Source: an uncultured Lachnospiraceae bacterium
GTDB lineage: Bacteria; Bacillota; Clostridia; Lachnospirales; Lachnospiraceae
Direction: 5' to 3'
Assembly (NCBI GenBank): GCA_963559605.1
Contig: CAUWLL010000007.1
Location: 19,966-83,965, forward strand
DNA: 64,000 nucleotides
Translations under genes and position numbers: made by a program
In this document: positions 9,589 through 20,900 of the stretch, piece after piece
How the letters are laid out: each line of letters opens with the position of its first letter
Numbering within the stretch: the first letter of the stretch is position 1
Notes under the pieces: generated by a model
Databases searched by the model: none
What the model was told of the DNA's origin: nothing
Seen by the model: the letters and a program-made list of their open reading frames with translations, nothing else

Positions 9589-10260
9589 TTATGCCACCGC
9601 CTTTCTGTGAAACAATTTTCTGCCAAGTTTTACAACTGCCCTGAAAATTGCCGGAAGCACGATCATACAAAGTCTTATGACTGCCACCGAAAAGACAGTG
9701 CCAAATACGGTCAGGATCAAACCGATTCCCAGCAGACCGATCCCGACTACGAAATCCGGTATCAATATGATTATGCCTTTTATGATCAAAACGATGCCGA
9801 CAATTGCCACGGATACCGCTACCGCTACAAGAGACCCCAAAAAAGCAAGCAGTGAAACAACACCCGCCAGAACCACTGCCAGAACAGCAAGCGCCAATGG
9901 AACAAGTATTGGAATCCCCACAAGGATCATTACTATAACAAGGATAAGCTTTGACGTATTCTTCGTTTCCGGCGCATCTGTCTGCTCTGACTGCCTTTGA
10001 TATTCACAGTCTTTCTTCTGCGGCATCTGCATCCCGGCATCTGTAAATCCTCCGTCATCTTCGGATGTTCCTTTTAAATCGTCTTTCAGATTTTCTGCCA
10101 CCTTTTTCGGACTCTCCAACTCTGCGATCACCTTCTGCTCATTCTCAGCCCCTGCATCGTCAAAATAGTCATTATAATACTGCATTGCCTCTCTGCGTTC
10201 TTCTACCGGTACATCCTGCAATAAAGCTGCCAATTGTGTCATAAATTCTATACGGTTCAT
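9589..10260 (-). CDS. DUF1700-type membrane protein
   Basis: MNRIEFMTQL...EAMQYYNDYFDDAG...LESP N-terminus plus a hydrophobic C-terminal half. Confidence 0.85.
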   Translation of the reverse strand: MNRIEFMTQLAALLQDVPVEERREAMQYYNDYFDDAGAENEQKVIAELESPKKVAENLKDDLKGTSEDDGGFTDAGMQMPQKKDCEYQRQSEQTDAPETKNTSKLILVIVMILVGIPILVPLALAVLAVVLAGVVSLLAFLGSLVAVAVSVAIVGIVLIIKGIIILIPDFVVGIGLLGIGLILTVFGTVFSVAVIRLCMIVLPAIFRAVVKLGRKLFHRKAVA

Positions 10261-10580
10261 GCAGTCACACCTCCCTCAAACATACTTGTAATCTTCTTTG
10301 AATAATTCTTCCATTCTATCCGGTACAAATTCAACTGTGCTGTTCCTTTTTCCGTCACTTTATAATAACGTCGGTTACGCCCGTCAAACTGCCGGTCGTA
10401 AACTTCCAGACATTCGTCTTTCTGAAGCCTTCGAAGAACCGGATATAGTGTAGATTCTGATACATCCAGCACTTTTCGTACATCCTGCGTGATCTTGTAG
10501 CCGTAAGTTCCCTCTTCTTCTCTCGACACAACCGCCAGCACGATCGCGTCCAAAAGAGCAGCTCCGGTGTTAAATACCAT
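10257..10580 (-). CDS. PadR-family transcriptional regulator
   Basis: TYGYKI, ESTLYPVLRRL, GRNRRYYKVT; start moved to 10580 (RBS AGAAAGGA). Confidence 0.92.
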   Translation of the reverse strand: MVFNTGAALLDAIVLAVVSREEEGTYGYKITQDVRKVLDVSESTLYPVLRRLQKDECLEVYDRQFDGRNRRYYKVTEKGTAQLNLYRIEWKNYSKKITSMFEGGVTA

Positions 10581-10641
10581 TCCTGTCACTTCCTTTCTAT
10601 GAAGCACCACGTACTTGATTCCATACAAATATTATTTTTAT

Positions 10642-10676
10642 AATCATATTATATGTTGTATAATATGATTTGTCAA
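10642..10676 (-). promoter_or_regulatory. Consensus SigA promoter overlapped by a perfect 12-5-12 inverted repeat (probable PadR operator)
   Basis: TTGACA (10676-10671)-N17-TATAAT (10653-10648); AATCATATTATA-N5-TATAATATGATT at 10642-10670. Confidence 0.8.
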
Positions 10677-10738
10677 CGAGTATTATATTAAGAATCATAA
10701 AAGAGAATCAAAAGAACTTCTAAGAGAAAGTCCCTTCC

Positions 10739-10767
10739 TTGAAAAACTTTCTTCCATCTATTATAAT
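10739..10767 (+). promoter_or_regulatory. SigA-type promoter of the response regulator
   Basis: TTGAAA-N17-TATAAT. Confidence 0.7.
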
Positions 10768-10797
10768 CTCAATAAAAAGTCAGTAGGAGACACCGCC

Positions 10798-11475
10798 ATG
10801 AAACATATCTTAATTGTTGATGATGATATAAATATCGGAAATATGCTGGAAGAAACTTTGACAAAAGAAGGCTATCTCGTGAGCCGCGCCTACTCCGGTA
10901 CAGAAGCGCTTCTTGTACTGAACAACCGGACTCCCGATCTTATCCTTTTAGATCTGATGCTTCCGGGATTAAGCGGAGAAGAAGTGCTGCCTAAAATCAA
11001 AAGTATCCCTGTCATTGTTTTGAGCGCGAAAACAAGCATAGACAACAAAGTACATCTATTACTAAACGGCGCCATGGATTACATGACAAAACCTTTTGAT
11101 ATGAAAGAACTGCTTGCAAGAATCACCGTGCAGCTCCGCAGCGCCTCTCCCGCTCAAAGAACGGCTGATTCCGTATTACGTTTTCAAGAAATCGAAATGA
11201 ATACGGATATTCATACCGTTACCGTATCTAAAGGAGACGTCCATTTAACAAGAACCGAATATGCCATCTTAAAACTGCTCTTAACAAATCCTTCTCAGGT
11301 TATCCCTAAATCACTGATGCTGGAACAGATCAGCGAAGATACCCCTGACTGCATGGAAAGTTCCCTGAAGGTTCATATCAGCAATCTGAGGAAGAAGCTT
11401 CGGACCATAAGCGGCAAAGACTATATTGAAGCGGTCTGGGGCATCGGATTTAAGCTAAAAGAGGAAGATCACTAA
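10798..11475 (+). CDS. OmpR-family response regulator
   Basis: Receiver (IVDDD, DLMLP, KPF) plus winged helix (LKVHISNLRKK, VWGIGF). Confidence 0.93.
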   Translation: MKHILIVDDDINIGNMLEETLTKEGYLVSRAYSGTEALLVLNNRTPDLILLDLMLPGLSGEEVLPKIKSIPVIVLSAKTSIDNKVHLLLNGAMDYMTKPFDMKELLARITVQLRSASPAQRTADSVLRFQEIEMNTDIHTVTVSKGDVHLTRTEYAILKLLLTNPSQVIPKSLMLEQISEDTPDCMESSLKVHISNLRKKLRTISGKDYIEAVWGIGFKLKEEDH

Positions 11476-11478
11476 TAT

Positions 11479-11519
11479 CTTTACATTTTCTTAACGCTTT
11501 CCTTAACCGCTTTCTTAAC
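11479..11519 (+). promoter_or_regulatory. Four CTTAAC-like direct repeats upstream of the ABC gene (probable response regulator sites)
   Basis: CTTTAC at 11479 and CTTAAC at 11490, 11502 and 11514; TAAAAT -10 at 11530-11535. Confidence 0.6.
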
Positions 11520-11567
11520 TTTATCAGATTAAAATATCAGTAACAACTTGAAAGGAGAGCGAAATAT

Positions 11568-12482
11568 ATGAACTACATTCTGACAACAGACGGACTTACT
11601 AAGCAATATAAGCACTTTAAAGCTTTAGATAACTTTTCCATGCATGTCCCAAAAGGCTCTATCTACGGTTTTGTCGGAAAAAACGGCGCCGGAAAGACCA
11701 CCTTGATACGATTGATCTGCGGACTGCAAAATCCTACGTCCGGCGAATACCTTTTATATGGAAAGAAAGGTACAGATAAAGCTATAGCAAAAGCCCGCAG
11801 GCGAATGGGAGCGGTCGTGGAAACACCATCCATTTATCAAAATATGACCGCAAGGGAGAACTTAAGACAACAATTTGACATCTTAGGACTTCCCTCTTAC
11901 GAAGGAATAGACGAACTACTGTCACTCACCGGACTTTCCGACACCGGGAAGAAAAAAGCAAAAGACTTTTCCCTTGGTATGCGCCAACGCCTCGGCATTG
12001 CCATTGCACTTTCCGGAGATCCTGATTTTCTTGTATTGGACGAACCTGCAAATGGCCTTGATCCTCAAGGTATTATTGAGATAAGAGAGCTGATCTTAAA
12101 GTTGAACAAAGAAAGACAGATCACAGTACTTATCTCCAGCCATATTTTAGACGAATTATCCCGTCTTGCCACACATTATGGATTTATCGATCATGGACAG
12201 ATGATAAAAGAAATCAGTGCAAAAGATTTAGAAAGTGCCTGCCGCAAATGTACCAGAATCGAAGTCCGCGATACGCGCCCGCTTGCATATACACTGGACA
12301 AAATGGGCGTGGACTACAATATCCTATCTGATGAGACCGCCGATATTTATGCAAAGATCAATCTCACACAGCTAGCACTTGCACTTGCCGAAGAGTCCTG
12401 TGACATTTACTCTGTGCAGGAAAAAGACGAAAGTTTAGAAAGCTATTACATCAGTTTGCTTGGAGGTGGAAAACATGAGTAG
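11568..12482 (+). CDS. ABC transporter ATP-binding protein (BcrA/lantibiotic-resistance type)
   Basis: GKNGAGKT, FSLGMRQRLG, LDEPANGLD, SSH. Confidence 0.92.
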   Translation: MNYILTTDGLTKQYKHFKALDNFSMHVPKGSIYGFVGKNGAGKTTLIRLICGLQNPTSGEYLLYGKKGTDKAIAKARRRMGAVVETPSIYQNMTARENLRQQFDILGLPSYEGIDELLSLTGLSDTGKKKAKDFSLGMRQRLGIAIALSGDPDFLVLDEPANGLDPQGIIEIRELILKLNKERQITVLISSHILDELSRLATHYGFIDHGQMIKEISAKDLESACRKCTRIEVRDTRPLAYTLDKMGVDYNILSDETADIYAKINLTQLALALAEESCDIYSVQEKDESLESYYISLLGGGKHE

Positions 12483-13320
12483 ATTATTACACGCCGGATA
12501 TTATCGGTTGAGAAAAAACAAATTAACATGGGCATGCCTTATACTGACAATTTCTTACTGCTTATTTATCTATGTTACGCAGTACCACAATATACGGCAA
12601 TATGGAGGCGCTGTTTCTTTAGACCCTTTATTTTTTAATTTTGTAATCTATATGGGCATTCTGACCGCCGTACTGACCAGCCTTTTTATCGGAACGGAAT
12701 ATCACGACGGTACGATCCGCAATAAAATTGTCTGTGGGCTTTCCCGAAACAGTATTTATCTCTCCAACCTCCTGCTCTGCGTTTTTACAGGAACCATCCT
12801 CCTGCTGGTAAGTTTTTTGATCGGACTTTTGGTAGGGATTCCTTTATTCGGAACGTTTACCATGACAACACCGACCTTACTTTCTCTATGTATGATTTCT
12901 CTTTTGTCAACCTGGGCCTACATTTCTATCTTTACGATGGTAACCACGTTAAGTCCCAGCCGGACAACCGCTGCCATACTCAATCTGCTGCTTGCATTTG
13001 GGCTTCTGTTTATCGGTATGATCATACTGAACAAGTTATGCCAGCCGGAATATATCCAGCAAGTAGTCGCCACGCCGGATACCGACGCAATCATTACCGG
13101 AGAAGCAGAACTGGAATGGGTGAAAAATCCGTTCTATCTCACAGGGATGAAACGAGAAATCTATCAGCATCTTTTAGATTTTCTTCCTTCCGGGCAGGTC
13201 ATGCAGATTTTTAACGAAAGCGCAACAAATATTCTCCGAATGATACTGTATTCCTTCTCTATCATTATCGGAACAAATGTCGTGGGACTTCTGCTGTTTC
13301 ATAAAAAAAATATCAAATAA
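12475..13320 (+). CDS. ABC-2 type permease
   Basis: Multiple TM segments and the EYHDGTIRNK motif; ATG overlaps the ATPase stop. Confidence 0.88.
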   Translation: MSRLLHAGYYRLRKNKLTWACLILTISYCLFIYVTQYHNIRQYGGAVSLDPLFFNFVIYMGILTAVLTSLFIGTEYHDGTIRNKIVCGLSRNSIYLSNLLLCVFTGTILLLVSFLIGLLVGIPLFGTFTMTTPTLLSLCMISLLSTWAYISIFTMVTTLSPSRTTAAILNLLLAFGLLFIGMIILNKLCQPEYIQQVVATPDTDAIITGEAELEWVKNPFYLTGMKREIYQHLLDFLPSGQVMQIFNESATNILRMILYSFSIIIGTNVVGLLLFHKKNIK

Positions 13321-13348
13321 CCATTCTGTCATAACACGAGGAACTGTC

Positions 13349-14242
13349 ATGCAAAGTCAAGTTTTAATAGGGGGAATCGCCAGTATATGTCTGCTGACGA
13401 TTCTCATTCTGGCTATAAAATTACATATGATCCGAAAATCTGCGGATGAAATTTCTGAGTCTTTAACAGAACGATTATCGGAGGATACGAATACTCTGAT
13501 CGACATCAGCTCAAAGGACTCCCATATGAGGCATCTTGCGTCCTCGATCAATCAGGAGTTAAAAACTCTGCGCTCGCAAAGGCACAAATTCCAACAAGGC
13601 GATTGGGAGCTCAAAGAAGCTGTCACCAACATTTCCCATGACCTCCGTACGCCATTAACTGCTATTTACGGTTATCTTTCCTTATTAGAGCAAGAAGATG
13701 TTTCTGAAAATGCCGAACGTTATCTTCGTATTATTAAAGAGCGTACAGACACACTGCACTCTTTGACCGAAGAACTGTTCAACTATTCCCTTGTAACGTC
13801 CTCCGATGATCTAACTTTAGAAGAAGTTGTACTGAACAGCCAGCTGGAAGAAACTATTTCTGCTTACTACGCTTCTTTAAAAGGCTGTGGTATTACCCCG
13901 GAAATAACACTCCCGGATAAGAAAGTTGTAAGGACATTAAACAAGAAATCTCTGTCACGGATTTTTGGCAACATTATCAGTAACTGTATCAAATACAGTA
14001 CCGGTGATCTAAAAATCACGCTCACGGAACAAGGAGAAATCACCTTCTCTAACTATGCCCCCGGCTTAGACGAGGTACAGGTAGGACAACTCTTTGAGCG
14101 GTTCTACACCGTTGAAAACGCCAAAAACTCTACCGGACTCGGCTTGTCCATTGCAAAAGCACTCACAGAACAGACAGGCGGTAAAATTACCGCCAATTAT
14201 AAAGGCGGAATCCTCAGCATCCTGCTGATCTTCCGCCCTTAA
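13349..14242 (+). CDS. Intramembrane-sensing histidine kinase
   Basis: NISHDLRTPL H-box, NIISNCIKY, FERFY, TGLGLSIA; short N-terminal TM; start moved to 13349. Confidence 0.92.
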   Translation: MQSQVLIGGIASICLLTILILAIKLHMIRKSADEISESLTERLSEDTNTLIDISSKDSHMRHLASSINQELKTLRSQRHKFQQGDWELKEAVTNISHDLRTPLTAIYGYLSLLEQEDVSENAERYLRIIKERTDTLHSLTEELFNYSLVTSSDDLTLEEVVLNSQLEETISAYYASLKGCGITPEITLPDKKVVRTLNKKSLSRIFGNIISNCIKYSTGDLKITLTEQGEITFSNYAPGLDEVQVGQLFERFYTVENAKNSTGLGLSIAKALTEQTGGKITANYKGGILSILLIFRP

Positions 14243-14281
14243 TAAAGAATCCTTAATAAATACCGTGAATATGCAATCGTA

Positions 14282-17200
14282 CTACGGCAGCATAATCTCT
14301 TTCCCCAGTGTGAAGGAGTAGATTATCTTTTCTTTGACCTTCTTTCCTGTCAATTGCTCCAATGCTCTGGCGTAGTAATCCAGCTGGCCGTGGTATTTTT
14401 CTACTAATATATTTTCAGAAAATATCTGATCCGTTTTATAATCCAATACCACCAGCCCGTCCGGCTCTTCAAAGTATACGTCGATAATTCCCTGTACCAG
14501 TACTTTCTCCCCAGACATATCGTCCGGGTACACATCCTGCGACGGAATACCGAGGACAAAAGGCTGCTCTCTCCTCAAACCTCCTGTTCCGGCGCTTGCC
14601 TGCATCCGTTTTGCACACGAGCTCTCAAAAAAACGCTTCAGATCTTCCACTTTAATACAAGATGACATCTCTTTGGTAAGCCTGCCGGATTCGCAGAATT
14701 TTTCAATTTCCTTCTCCAAGATCGCACAAGTCTTGTGCTCCTTACCATCCTCTGCTGTGTAGCTCTTTGTAAAATCCAGAAGTTCCAAGATCCGATGATA
14801 TGCCGTACCTCTTGCAGCGCCGCCAAGTTCTTCTTCCTCTTGCAGGAACTTCGGGAGAAGAGGCACAACCTCCGGCTCCTCGTAGAGAAATTCACCTGCT
14901 TCTGTCGCTTCCTCTTTCAGATTTTCTTCTATATAGATACGTTTCTTTAATTCCGACACCGTAAATTTTAACTTCCGTTGCTTACTTTCCTCGTAAGGAT
15001 AACTGTACGCAAACTGTTCCTTTAAAAATTCTTTCACCTCGGGTTCGTATATCTTATTCGTATCCCAATTTCGAAGAACTGCCTTTGTCATCCGTTCTTT
15101 TACTTCCTCTTTTACTTCCCCGTGGATAATATCTTCCACATGAAGCACCCGGACTTCCATAGGGATTTCATCCGTCAGACGTATCATGGCAGGCAGGAGA
15201 AAATCCCAATAGGTCGCCGCCTTACTAAGCTGCAGAAAGGAAAGCTCCTGCTCTTTTCGGCTGCGGATAATATCATAAGCCGCCAGAACCTTCTCCGGCT
15301 CAGAAACCGTTCCGGTAATGATCAGCTTCTCTTTCGCACGGGTAAGGGCTACGTAAAGCACACGCAGTTCTTCCCCCAGACTGTCAAGAGCCTCTTCTTT
15401 CTGTATTGCCTTCTTAACAAGTGTCGGACTTTTTGTCCGCATTTCCAGATGGACTGCATCCATGCCGATCCCCAGCCCGGAATGCAGCACCACGCTACTT
15501 CTGGCATCCTGCATATTGAACCGCTTCCCCATGCCTGCCACAAAGACAATGGGGAACTCCAGACCTTTGCTTTTGTGGATCGTCATCACACGCACCGTAT
15601 CGGACTGCTCATCTTCCACATTTGCCTCTCCGTAATCCACATTGTATTTCTGTAACTCTTCCATATAACGGATAAAATGAAACAGCCCCTTGTAACCGGA
15701 TGATTCAAACGCTCTTGCCTTTTCCGACAGCATCTCAAGATTTGCTTTTCTCTGCAAGCCGCCCGGAAGCATAGACACATAATCTCCGTAGCCCGTATCT
15801 CTGAGGATCTGAAATAACAGTTCGTGCATAGGCGTATACGGCACAATCTCTTTCAGACCTTCCATCGTTCCCATGCACAGCTCCAGCTTTTCTCGTATCT
15901 CTTTCTCTTCCCCCTCAGCACGATATTTCATCACCGCCTCATGAAAAGGCACTTCTTTATATGCACTTTTTATGACCGCAAGCTCTGTCTCATCCAAATT
16001 GCCGATGGCAGAATGAAGAACTGCTGCCAGTGGAATGTCCTGCCTGCGATTATCCAGTACTCTCAGATAATTCAGCAGAACGCCGATTTCCTGTGTGGAA
16101 AAATATCCCTCTCTCGTGCCCGCATATGCCGGAATCCCTTCTGCATTCAACACCTCCGTAAAAACATCCGCGAATCCTTTGATACTCCTTGTCAGAATCA
16201 CAATATCGGAATACCGCACCGGGCGAAGCTCACCCGTTCTCTTATCCGTCACTTGGGCAGATTGGCGCAGTTCCTTTATGCGCCCGGCGATCGCGCGGGC
16301 TTCCAGCTCTCGCTCTGTGGGCTTTTCAAGCCTTTCCCTTTCCGGCATCCAGGCATCCATATCCTTATCGATCACAAGAACTTCCGTCTCATTTTCCGCT
16401 CCATCTTTATAAGATGCCCCCACATAGAGCGCAGCCTCGGCATCGTAAGTGATCCCGCCGAGACTTCTGGTCATAATCTGTCGGAAAATGTAATTCACGC
16501 TATCCAGAACTTCTGCCCTGCTTCGGAAATTTTTATGGAGATCGATACGTTGTGTGACAGAATCTTCGGTACTATATGCGTCAAACTTCTCCATAAAAAG
16601 TTCCGGCCTGGACAGGCGGAAGCGATAAATACTCTGTTTTACATCTCCTACCATGAAAATATTGTACCGGCCCTCAGAAACAGTGGAAATACTGGTCAGG
16701 ATCGTTTCCTGTATCAGGTTACTGTCCTGATATTCATCGATCATAATCTCTGCAAACTGTTCCTGGTATTCCTTTGCAACCGCCGAAGAGACAAACGTCT
16801 CTCCCTCTTTCTCTGTCAGGATCCGTAATGCATACTGCTCCATATCCGAAAAATCAATGACATTTCCGGCGCGTTTTTTCTCCTCAAATGCAGACGCAAA
16901 GGCACGCACCAGATGTGTAAGCTCTTCTGCCATAGGTTTACATCTTTGCATATCCTCTAAAAGCCCCTCCGGTGTATCATAAAAATACTGACTCTTCATA
17001 TCTTTTACCAGTCCTTTGACATCCTCCCGGATCGCCTTCACCTGCGCAATCTTTTCTTCGGACACCGTCTGGTCTTTATTCACCTTCAGACGCGCCCATT
17101 TTACATCCTTCATTTTCTGTGACAGCTCACAATAAGATTGTGACGACTGTAAAGTATCTATGATCTCCACGTCTTTTAATAATACACTCTCATAGACTGC

Positions 17201-17932
17201 CGGACCGTCCGCCTCCTGACAAATAGAGATTCCCTGATGCACCAGCTTCTCTGCATCCTCCAAATACTGTTTTATATTTTTTACGATCAGCTTTATATAC
17301 GCGCTGTTTTCCAACTCCTCTAAAGTTTCTGCCCCATACGCCTGCACACAAGAAACAAGCCATCCGTCTGCGTCCGGATAACTTCTGGAATAATCATAGA
17401 TTTTCGAAACCAGTTCTTCAATCTTCTTATCGCTTTTACCTGTACTGTATGCCGAAGTAAAATCAAGAAATTCCTGTCTTCCCTCTGCATAATGTTCTTC
17501 CAGTACTTCCTCCAGCACATCATGTCTCAGAAGTTTTAACTCTCCCTCTTCGCCGATGCGAAAACCGGGATCCAGAGAAATAGCATGAAAATGATCTTTT
17601 ATCACCGACAGACAAAAACTGTGGATCGTTGTAATCCTGGCATTGTGTATCAGCGTCGCCTGTTGTTTCAAATGCTCGTTATCCGGGTCCTGTTCCAACG
17701 CTTTCTCAATAGCAGTACGGATACGCTCTTTCATCTCTGCTGCCGCCGCTTCTGTAAATGTCACGATCAGCAGCCGATCCACATCCATCGGGTTCTCTCC
17801 CTTTGTCAGCATCGTAATAATGCGCTCCACCAGAACCGCAGTCTTACCGGAACCTGCCGCCGCAGACACAAGAATATTTCGGTCACGAAGATCTATCACT
17901 CTCTGTTGTTCTGTTGTCCATGATACGCTCAT
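14282..17932 (-). CDS. addA: Helicase-nuclease AddAB subunit A
   Basis: AAAGSGKT, IDEYQD, VGDVKQSIYRFR, TIHKSKGLEF, C-terminal QGIID...LDYKTD nuclease. Confidence 0.96.
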   Translation of the reverse strand: MSVSWTTEQQRVIDLRDRNILVSAAAGSGKTAVLVERIITMLTKGENPMDVDRLLIVTFTEAAAAEMKERIRTAIEKALEQDPDNEHLKQQATLIHNARITTIHSFCLSVIKDHFHAISLDPGFRIGEEGELKLLRHDVLEEVLEEHYAEGRQEFLDFTSAYSTGKSDKKIEELVSKIYDYSRSYPDADGWLVSCVQAYGAETLEELENSAYIKLIVKNIKQYLEDAEKLVHQGISICQEADGPAVYESVLLKDVEIIDTLQSSQSYCELSQKMKDVKWARLKVNKDQTVSEEKIAQVKAIREDVKGLVKDMKSQYFYDTPEGLLEDMQRCKPMAEELTHLVRAFASAFEEKKRAGNVIDFSDMEQYALRILTEKEGETFVSSAVAKEYQEQFAEIMIDEYQDSNLIQETILTSISTVSEGRYNIFMVGDVKQSIYRFRLSRPELFMEKFDAYSTEDSVTQRIDLHKNFRSRAEVLDSVNYIFRQIMTRSLGGITYDAEAALYVGASYKDGAENETEVLVIDKDMDAWMPERERLEKPTERELEARAIAGRIKELRQSAQVTDKRTGELRPVRYSDIVILTRSIKGFADVFTEVLNAEGIPAYAGTREGYFSTQEIGVLLNYLRVLDNRRQDIPLAAVLHSAIGNLDETELAVIKSAYKEVPFHEAVMKYRAEGEEKEIREKLELCMGTMEGLKEIVPYTPMHELLFQILRDTGYGDYVSMLPGGLQRKANLEMLSEKARAFESSGYKGLFHFIRYMEELQKYNVDYGEANVEDEQSDTVRVMTIHKSKGLEFPIVFVAGMGKRFNMQDARSSVVLHSGLGIGMDAVHLEMRTKSPTLVKKAIQKEEALDSLGEELRVLYVALTRAKEKLIITGTVSEPEKVLAAYDIIRSRKEQELSFLQLSKAATYWDFLLPAMIRLTDEIPMEVRVLHVEDIIHGEVKEEVKERMTKAVLRNWDTNKIYEPEVKEFLKEQFAYSYPYEESKQRKLKFTVSELKKRIYIEENLKEEATEAGEFLYEEPEVVPLLPKFLQEEEELGGAARGTAYHRILELLDFTKSYTAEDGKEHKTCAILEKEIEKFCESGRLTKEMSSCIKVEDLKRFFESSCAKRMQASAGTGGLRREQPFVLGIPSQDVYPDDMSGEKVLVQGIIDVYFEEPDGLVVLDYKTDQIFSENILVEKYHGQLDYYARALEQLTGKKVKEKIIYSFTLGKEIMLP

Positions 17933-20900
17933 GACTGCTCCTCCTCTGCCTGCATAGCCTGAATGGCTTCTTCCATACTCATCTTTCCAATCTCCCGGTA
18001 ACGGTACCCGGGTATCTTTGTATCAAAGCCACACACATGACGGTAACTGCAATAATCACACCCGCTTTCCTGTCCTCTTCGGTATGGATTTGCAGATACC
18101 TCTCCGTCGAGAATCTGTTCCCTTGTCTTTTCTATCTTCCCGACGGCATAGTTCATCATCGTCTCGAAGGCTTCTGAAGACACTGCCTTGGAAGTTTTAG
18201 AAAGACTTCCATCTTTATTATACTTCACCGGAATGACCGCCGACTCTCCGCTCATACAATGATCCAGATGGTTCAGCACCTCATCTTTCAAATGAATGAT
18301 CCCATCCGGCTTCAACTCTTTTAACACTGCTTCTTCCACCTGTTCCTGTGGCTGCTTCTCTACCAACGGCTCGTTGATCCGGTAATAGAATACCCCGGCA
18401 GGGACAACTTCCTTATCCGCGTGTCGTTTCTCTTGATCCTTCACCGCCGCGTCCATATACACCATAAGCTGTAGCTGTAATCCATGATACAAGGCAGATA
18501 TGTCAAACGCCTTATTTCCCGTCTTGTAATCCAACACTTTTACATAGATTTTATCGCCATCCTCACAAGTATCTACCCGGTCGATCTTACCATTTCCAAA
18601 GCGGAGCTCATACGCACCCGGCTTAAAATCTCCGGCTTCCAGCTGTTTCGTAAGCGCCCACACCGTACAGGTCAGCATCCGCTTCATGCGGACGATCATA
18701 TATTCATTGCGCGCAGAACTGTAAAGCACAGAGTTTCCGTAATCTGTGACTGCCTCCTCCACACTTTCTTCAATATACTGCGCCCGCATTTGCGACGTCA
18801 AGGACGTCCAGCTCTCGTTACTTCTCTCCACCTTTCTTCCAAACCGCTCCAACGCCAGATGGCAGACATTTCCCAGATCCATCGCCTGAAAATCATATTC
18901 CTGCCGTTCCCGAAGTTCCAGTCCGTAAGTCAAAAAGTGTGCAAATGCACAGACGCAGAAACGCTCCATACGGGTAATACTTTTTTCAAATTCTGCCCCA
19001 TACAGCTTTTCTGCCACTGCCTGCGTAAGCTGAGCCGACGGTTTCTTATAATATCCTGCCTGCAAAAATCTTTCTATTTTCTCCTGCCACTTGGGAGAGC
19101 TTCTATACCAGCTATAAAGCTCACACCAGATTTCGTCTAAAGTATTACTCTGAAATCCCCGGATCAGATACTCCATTCCCATCGTTTCTGTAAGCTCCCT
19201 AGCAGTCAGCCATTTTTTCTCTTCATCTTCCGTCACAATCTGAGGATACAGCTTCTGCAAGTCCTGTACCAGATAGGACGGACGGATACTTTTTCCGTCA
19301 GAAGATACCTTGCTATAATAAATATCCAGTTTTTCCGAGGGTTTCGTCAGATTCATATACAGATAAAATTTCTGTACATAAGCTTTTTCCTTTCCCCCTG
19401 ACGATAATGCCAGCTTTTCTTTGCTGAATTTTTCCCGGTCACGTTCGGACAATAATCCGGTGCGAAGCAAAGAACCCGGAAGATACACATCGTTAGCCCC
19501 CACGAACAAGAGCGCTTTTATGTCTTTCAGTCTTGTTCTCTCCATGTCTCCCACAACCACCTGGTCGGCTCCCGGAGGAATCACACCCACTCTTGCTTCC
19601 TCAAGTCCTGCATCCAGAAGTTTACAGTATTCGTTCAAACTGACTGCTTCATCCCCCAGAAGTTCCACAAATTTATCAAACAACTCAATCACGATCCGAT
19701 AAATCTGCGCATACTCTTTGGCAAGGGCAAGTTCTCCGGAGGCTTTAAACTTCTCCTCCTGCGCGGCAAGACGCACTTGCAGATTCTCCCGCACCATAAA
19801 TTCATAAACGGCAACGGTAATGTCCCGCACAGTCTTCTTCCTCTGTTTCAGTACAAACATCAGCGCATCTACTTTTTCCACCAATTCCACACGGCAGTGG
19901 TTCAGCCGTTCCAGCTCTTCCTCTTTCATTCCCTTCAAACGACGTACCCATTTTTCCTGCCAGCGTTTATACCCTTTGATCCCCACACCGATGACGTAAT
20001 TTTCCAGCTCATCTGTCTGCTCATAGGTAAATCCCGCAAGATTGGTCCTCAAAAACCGAAAGACACTCTCATAAGTAAAATTCTGTTCTGCCATATTCAA
20101 AAGGCTTCTCAGATACTCCACAAAAGAATTTAAAAGAATGCTTCTCTTGTGATCCATAAATACCGGAATTTCATACTCTACAGCCGCCTGTTTCAGATAA
20201 TCTCCATAGACCTCCATATCACTTACAATAACGCCAATGTCCCGACACCGGAACCCCTCCTTCCGCAGAAGGCGGCGGACATTTCCCATGGCATCGTAAG
20301 CTTCTTCCTTCGGATTTCTGGCAACATGGAGCCGAATCGTCTCTGCGCTTTCATGCGTTGCATGTCCATACCGAAACAAATTTCTCTCCAAAAAAGCAAG
20401 TTCTTCGTTTTCCCGAAAACGATAAGGAACTTTCCCATACAGTTCCTCCGGCTCTTCTATCTCAATCTTCTCCTTCCTTGCAATGTCCACAAGAGACGTA
20501 ACCATCTGCTTGCTCAGTCCGAAGAGCTGGTACGGATGCCGATATACATACGGATTCTCCCGTTCATCCATGGTAACCGTTACCACCACTTCCCGACATT
20601 GTTTCAAAAGCTCTGCAAGCAAACGGTTCTGCACCGGAGTAAATCCTGTGAATCCATCCAGTACAACTGTACTGTTTTTCAAAAGCTCTGACTGCGTGAC
20701 TACGCGGCTTAACACATCCAGAAGCTCCTCTTTTGTAATATATTTTTCTTCCAGATATTGTGTAAACGCTTCGTATAACAATTTAATATCCTGTAATTTA
20801 TAATAAAGTCTGGAGGTCTCTCCCACAGACTCCATCACTCTTTCCAACTCTTCACTTCCAATATCATACTGGACAAACTCGGAAATGACGGACTTTACTT

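Noticed and set aside
15824-16828. 334-aa plus-strand ORF (likewise 3641-4498, 31645-32562, 44167-45177 and many shorter ones)
   Set aside because: Antisense shadows of conserved genes, with no RBS or recognisable motifs and biased composition
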